A stretch of 64,000 bases of DNA from Nitrososphaeria archaeon (GTDB lineage: Archaea; Thermoproteota; Nitrososphaeria; JACIWG01): assembly GCA_029776065.1 (NCBI GenBank), contig JARVJP010000009.1:196514-260513 (forward strand). Direction: 5' to 3'. The notes under the pieces are model-generated. The model was not told the DNA's origin. It saw only the letters and a list, made by a program, of their open reading frames with translations, and made no database searches. The position numbers and the translations under genes are program-made. Shown piece after piece: positions 59,561 through 64,000 of the stretch (the first letter of the stretch is position 1; each line of letters begins with the position of its first letter).

Positions 59561-59693
59561 TGGGGCTAGTGGGACTTGAACCCACGGCTTACGGGTATCT
59601 TCACCCAGCTCCAAAGCTACATCATCCAAGGTAGTCAGCATACCCATATTTTGTTCTGGAGCCCGTTGTCCTTCCTTGCTGGACGATAGCCCC
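59561..59693 (-). tRNA. tRNA-Trp(CCA) with 59-nt intron at 37/38 (59597-59655)
   Basis: GGGGCTA/TAGCCCC, ACGGG-CTCCAG^..^A-CCCGT, TTCAAGT; BHB CUCC/GAAG. Confidence 0.92.
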
Positions 59694-59787
59694 TTCTAGC
59701 AAATCAAACCATTGATTAAGTGGAAAATAAAAGTTTTCCATCAATAAAATAAAGATTTAATTAGGAGTAATTTGAGCGTAATGTTCA

Positions 59788-59900
59788 GCCGGCCATAGTG
59801 ATGTGGGATCTACCTGGTCTCGTCAGACCCCAGAAGTCAAACCATATCACGCCTTTGCGTTAGTGATGTGCAGAAGCCATCGCGAAGCAGAGGTGCCGGC
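59788..59900 (+). rRNA. rrf: 5S rRNA (stand-alone)
   Basis: GCCGGC/GCCGGC helix I, CCATAG, ACCTGGTCTCGTCAGACCCCAGAAGTCAAAC loop C region. Confidence 0.88.
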
Positions 59901-59935
59901 GCCTTAAACAAAAACATAAAATGGTGTAAAAAAAG

Positions 59936-61054
59936 ATGCTCGGTCGAACTCTACAGCTTTTCCCTGTAGACCAATCACTTCTTCAGCAGATATTATCTTT
60001 AATCTTCTATGGTATATTTTTTCTTTACTTGTTTTTTGGCCAAAGTATCCAGACACAACGTGTCCTTTACTCACTATCTGGGGCGTTGAATAAGATAAAA
60101 GATGCAAGAGACAAGTCAACAAAGGAACTTCAAGAGTTTCTTCAAAAGAATGGGTATAAAGGGGACGCTACACCCCAGATTGACAAATTAATAGAGCATT
60201 TTACAATCACACCTGTTAGCATAGATCCTGCAGGACTTGTTAAGAAGATAGAGCACCTTCTAAGTGTTAGAGACGAAAGGGTTAGATACGAAGTTAAGAA
60301 GCTTTTGCCAGAAAAGGATTCTGTAACAACATCTATAATGGAGAACTTGCTAGAAATATCGACGACCCTTAACCTATACTATAAGGTTGTTCGTCATTAC
60401 TACCTTGTTGGAAAGAAAACCTCAAACTATTATCTCCTTCTTCAATTACAAATTATATTGCCTGACCTTTTAAGAGAAGTTGAAGCTTTATACTCAGCGG
60501 TTGAACCGATCAAGAGTGGTCAGCCAATAGGAGATGGAATCGGAGCTGTGGTGGCGGGGAAACTTATGCTAAACTCAGAGAAGAAACCAATCGCTCGTGA
60601 CACCATTTTTAGTGAAGTACCTTACAAAAATAGGAAACTTTATGTTATAAAGGCAGAAGGTCCTGCAGCAAATGTTGGTCAACCTGGTAACGCTATAGAA
60701 TCGCTTGTTAACAAATATGGTGTAAAGCCATCCACAATAATAATGATAGATGCTGCATTAAAGCTAGAAGGGGAAATGACTGGGGAGGTCGCTGAAGGCG
60801 TTGGTGCTGCAATCGGTGGAATTGGTGTTGACAAATATAAAATAGAGGAAATAGCCTCCTCTATGGGGATTCCCCTTTATGCTATTATTATCAAAGAATC
60901 TATAGTAGAAGCGATCACCGCCATGACTAAAGAAATAGCAGAAGCTGCATCCAAAGTTCAAAGTCGATTAGATGCCTTAATCGAATCAAATACAAAGGAG
61001 GGTGACATTGTAATGGTCGTTGGTGTTGGAAACACATTAGGAGTTGGACAATAA
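59936..61054 (+). CDS. DUF1512 family protein
   Basis: PV..DPAG, YKVVRHYY, PIGDGIG, KAEGP, IDAALKLEGE.TG.VAEG.GAAIGG.G, GVGNTLGVGQ. Confidence 0.88.
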   Translation: MLGRTLQLFPVDQSLLQQILSLIFYGIFFLYLFFGQSIQTQRVLYSLSGALNKIKDARDKSTKELQEFLQKNGYKGDATPQIDKLIEHFTITPVSIDPAGLVKKIEHLLSVRDERVRYEVKKLLPEKDSVTTSIMENLLEISTTLNLYYKVVRHYYLVGKKTSNYYLLLQLQIILPDLLREVEALYSAVEPIKSGQPIGDGIGAVVAGKLMLNSEKKPIARDTIFSEVPYKNRKLYVIKAEGPAANVGQPGNAIESLVNKYGVKPSTIIMIDAALKLEGEMTGEVAEGVGAAIGGIGVDKYKIEEIASSMGIPLYAIIIKESIVEAITAMTKEIAEAASKVQSRLDALIESNTKEGDIVMVVGVGNTLGVGQ

Positions 61055-61245
61055 TGTCAAGCAAGTTATTTAAAAGTCAGAAACAGTCAAAGGTAGTTAC
61101 AATAGAAGAGTGCAACTCTTGTGGTTTAAAGATGAAACGGCTATTTCAGCCAAATGACTTTATCTTTAAAGAAGGGAGTAGTTGTCAAAAATGTGGTTCA
61201 AAAACGATAATGACATCTATATATAAAGAAGAAATCAGCTCCTAG
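61054..61245 (+). CDS. Small Zn-ribbon protein
   Basis: C..CG.K.KR.F...DF.FK....C.KCG; coupled to DUF1512. Confidence 0.75.
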   Translation: MSSKLFKSQKQSKVVTIEECNSCGLKMKRLFQPNDFIFKEGSSCQKCGSKTIMTSIYKEEISS

Positions 61246-62147
61246 ATCGTTGTTATTATGGCACCTCTTTCAGTAACTAGTACAGTATGTTCAAACTGGC
61301 AAACCACTTGCTCTGTTGCCTCCTTCAGAACTGGATACATTCTAATAACTTTATTTTTTGCTAGGTAGTCAAGTGCTCTAAGAATCTCATTTTTGTCATA
61401 CAAGTCAGTAAACCATCTTGCTGAAAATGGTAGAGTTTTTCTCCTTTCCCAAGCCTTTTCTAAGAATTCATCTGCTACTTTATCCTTCAACCTTTTCCTT
61501 TTAATTATGCTAAATATTGCCACTCTATCTATCTCTTCGACATAAGCTGCCGCATTATTTGTTGTAAGAAATGGCTCGATCGCATAGCATCTTCCAACTC
61601 CAAATCTTCCTATGTATCCGTTAACGGGCGTATTGGGAACAGACTGGCCTGCATGAATTTGGTATTGCCCAAGCTCATGGCCTGAGAGATTCGTAATCAC
61701 TTTATACCCCATTGAAAGCGCAGACGAATGTACAATATTTCCAACTTCTCCAACACTTTCCCCCGCCCTAATCTTCTTTAATGCGAGATTTAACACCTCT
61801 ATATTTGCATTTGTCATAGTGGTGTAGTAATCGCTAAAGTTGATTGTTATCGCAGTATCAGCTATGTAACCATCTACATGAACTCCTATATCGATTTTAA
61901 CAACATCTCCATCATTAACTTCTCTATCATCTTCTAATCGTGCAGTGTCGTGTGCAGCGATTTCATTTATACAAATATTAGTTGGAAAGGCTGGTTCACC
62001 ACCAAGCTCCCTTATTCTATTCTCAATTTGATCGCATATTTCAGAATATTTGATTCCAGGCTGAATCTTCGATCTAACCTCCTTTAAAATGGTACTCGCT
62101 ATTTTACCTGCTTTTAGGTACATCTCCATTTTCTCCAACTTTCTCAT
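61242..62147 (-). CDS. map: Methionine aminopeptidase type II
   Basis: AFP, AAHD, KIDIGVHVDGYIADTA, NLSGH, AIEPF, QFEHT. Confidence 0.95.
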   Translation of the reverse strand: MRKLEKMEMYLKAGKIASTILKEVRSKIQPGIKYSEICDQIENRIRELGGEPAFPTNICINEIAAHDTARLEDDREVNDGDVVKIDIGVHVDGYIADTAITINFSDYYTTMTNANIEVLNLALKKIRAGESVGEVGNIVHSSALSMGYKVITNLSGHELGQYQIHAGQSVPNTPVNGYIGRFGVGRCYAIEPFLTTNNAAAYVEEIDRVAIFSIIKRKRLKDKVADEFLEKAWERRKTLPFSARWFTDLYDKNEILRALDYLAKNKVIRMYPVLKEATEQVVCQFEHTVLVTERGAIITTI

Positions 62148-62240
62148 CTTATCTTGTTTAATCGTCTTATTTCTACTTTTAGCTAACACTTTATTAAGCA
62201 ATGCATCATCCAAGTAGGTAGAGCGAAAGCTGTGAATTAG

Positions 62241-62735
62241 ATGGATAAACATTATCTATTCAAACAAGTTATTTTGGGAGGGACCTTTGATTACATACAT
62301 AAAGGGCATGTGTCTCTTCTTGAGTCGAGTTTTAATTTAGGTGAACGAGTTGTTATAGGGTTATCTTCAGATTCACTGGTAAAGAATCTAGGCAAGTATG
62401 CAAATCATAATTATAAAGTTAGATTAAAGCAACTAAACGACTTTCTAAAAAAAAGGTACAAAAATAGGGACTATACAATAGTGGAACTTAAAGACCACTA
62501 CGGCCCAGCATTAGATTATGAATCAGATGCTATAGTAGTGAGTGAAGAGACAGGTAAGTTCGCTGACGAATGTAACCTCCTAAGACGTGTAATGAGTTTT
62601 CCTCCTTTGTATAAAATTGTAGTGCCATTGCTTCTGGCAGAAGATGGTGATCGAATTTCATCGACAAGGATTAGAAATAAGGAAATCGATCCTAAAGGGC
62701 GATTTCTTTCTCGGGATCATAAAGGAATTCATTAA
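62241..62735 (+). CDS. coaD: Phosphopantetheine adenylyltransferase (archaeal/eukaryotic type)
   Basis: GGTFD.IH.GH, D.YGP, IVVSEET, ISSTRIR. Confidence 0.9.
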   Translation: MDKHYLFKQVILGGTFDYIHKGHVSLLESSFNLGERVVIGLSSDSLVKNLGKYANHNYKVRLKQLNDFLKKRYKNRDYTIVELKDHYGPALDYESDAIVVSEETGKFADECNLLRRVMSFPPLYKIVVPLLLAEDGDRISSTRIRNKEIDPKGRFLSRDHKGIH

Positions 62736-63840
62736 CCTTATCCTTTGCTTTTTCCCTTTTCTCTTGAAATTCTAATAAAAATTCTTTAACCTTATTAATC
62801 AGACACATTTTATGTTCCCCACATAGGAGTTTTCCTGTACGACATTCGATTTCAATTTCATTCAATTTAATATCATCTTTTTCAAAGAAGTACTTTTCAT
62901 AGAAGAATACAGGGCATATATCTGGATTTGCCCCTCTCTTCCTCTGCTCTTCTATTGTAGGTTGTCCTCCTGTGAAAGCGTTTTTGATCTTTCTCTCTAT
63001 ATCCTTAGGTTTGTCAGTTGTGTATATCGCAGTCTCTGGAAGTGATGATGACATCTTTCCACCTTTGCTTAATGCGGGTAAGAATTTAGAATGTACCTGT
63101 GCTGGTTTATAATAACCTAACTTTTCAGCTACATCCCTTGTCATCCTCCAAAAGTTGTCTTGATCTATAGCTGCAGGGATAAGGCATGGAACTGATCTTC
63201 TAAGTTTTTCAGAGTACAAAAATGCAGGTGCTGCTTGGATAGATGGAAAAAAGATCATTCCAATATTTGTTGAATCTTCAAATCCAAAGACTGCCTTAAC
63301 AGTTGAATAGGTAATAGCCTTTGCAACTCTAATAGAAATTGGGTAAAGCTCTTGAATTTTTTTTATGTCAATTAATATTTGTGTCCTTTTTGGATCGAAT
63401 CCAATTGCAATAATATCAAGAAGGTTGTCCAAAGTCATTTTGTTAACCTCATCCATAGATAACGTATCCCGATAAAGGAACTTTTCATCGTCTGTTACTT
63501 GGAAAAGAAGCTGGGCATTAAACTGTTCTTGTAAATACTTTGTGAAATACCATGGCAAGAGATGTCCTATGTGAACTTTTCCTGAGGGGCCTCTTCCAGT
63601 ATAGAGGTAGAATCTCTCTCCCTCTTCATACTTCTTAAATATCCAGTCTAAATCTCTATGACTAAAAAAGAAGGTCCTTCTAATAAAGAAATTTATCTCT
63701 CCTGTAAACTTCTTAAAATATTCTATTATGTCATCGTCGATGTACTTTGTGCCAAATTGTTGTACAAGTCTATTGTAATCTACTTCCCCTTCTACTACCC
63801 ATGGGGTTACCTCGTTTGCACCGGTTTTTGAGTTTTGCAT
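62692..63840 (-). CDS. trpS: Tryptophanyl-tRNA synthetase
   Basis: VTPW.V, YTGRGPS, HIGH, TDDEKF, AIDQD, KMSSS. Confidence 0.96.
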   Translation of the reverse strand: MQNSKTGANEVTPWVVEGEVDYNRLVQQFGTKYIDDDIIEYFKKFTGEINFFIRRTFFFSHRDLDWIFKKYEEGERFYLYTGRGPSGKVHIGHLLPWYFTKYLQEQFNAQLLFQVTDDEKFLYRDTLSMDEVNKMTLDNLLDIIAIGFDPKRTQILIDIKKIQELYPISIRVAKAITYSTVKAVFGFEDSTNIGMIFFPSIQAAPAFLYSEKLRRSVPCLIPAAIDQDNFWRMTRDVAEKLGYYKPAQVHSKFLPALSKGGKMSSSLPETAIYTTDKPKDIERKIKNAFTGGQPTIEEQRKRGANPDICPVFFYEKYFFEKDDIKLNEIEIECRTGKLLCGEHKMCLINKVKEFLLEFQEKREKAKDKVNEFLYDPEKEIAL

Positions 63841-63904
63841 TTATGGAGAAGGTTTATCAAAAAGATTTAAAAACATTATGAGAACATATGGAGCAGTAGA
63901 TTTC

Positions 63905-64000
63905 ATGGAAATCGTACTTCATCCGATCGAAGTCGAAGTGCTTAAAGCCTTAAAGAATAAGGATAGTGTAAACTTAGAAGACCTTGTTAGTTTTACAACC
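63905..64000 (+). CDS. 5' fragment, probably phenylalanyl-tRNA synthetase alpha subunit
   Basis: MEIVLHPIEVEVLKALK wHTH-like start divergent from trpS; truncated by window end. Confidence 0.45.
   Translation, partial: MEIVLHPIEVEVLKALKNKDSVNLEDLVSFTT

Larger units (their letters stand above)
49183..59575. mobile_element. Integrated element (~10.4 kb) at the 3' end of tRNA-Trp, with tyrosine integrase and defence cargo
   Basis: 15-bp direct repeat TGGGGCTAGTGGGAC at 49183-49197 and 59561-59575 (tRNA-Trp 3' end); integrase adjacent to the tRNA. Confidence 0.9.

Noticed and set aside
1-64000. CRISPR array, IS elements and the many short antisense ORFs in the track (e.g. 6841-7275, 37380-37853, 58267-58546)
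   Set aside because: No regularly spaced repeats or transposase motifs seen; the short ORFs are shadows of well-supported genes on the other strand or frame

Overview
AT-rich archaeal chromosome segment. PolD small subunit, Cdc6/Orc1, GINS, DUF1512, DUF655 and a stand-alone 5S rRNA point to a PolD-encoding TACK/Thermoproteota lineage (Nitrososphaeria/Bathyarchaeia-like; inference). The window holds the ORB-containing replication origin next to cdc6, a core replication/translation cluster (priL-priS-gins-rpl44e-rps27e-pcna-aIF2a-nop10), aglB, the archaeal mevalonate genes (AcnX pair + UbiD), XPD, Hef, topA, RNase P RNA, tiaS, tfe/trm56/hflX/mbf1, rpo4/rpl21e/srp54, eight tRNAs (three with BHB introns), 5S rRNA, and a ~10.4 kb integrated defence element at tRNA-Trp (49183-59575). 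The most striking signal is an 18-nt tRNA-type intron with a perfect bulge-helix-bulge (BHB) motif inside a protein-coding gene, the ATP-NAD/AcoX-family kinase (16941-16958, minus strand). It carries an in-frame stop, and removing it restores the conserved NPIAGxGGxxGLKGTD motif. This is an archaeal mRNA intron outside cbf5. Other oddities are apparent non-canonical start codons (priL ACG, DUF655 ATT), a 5-nt insertion breaking PCNA, and a catalytically degenerate Pus10. All calls come from reading the sequence by eye; no searches were run.
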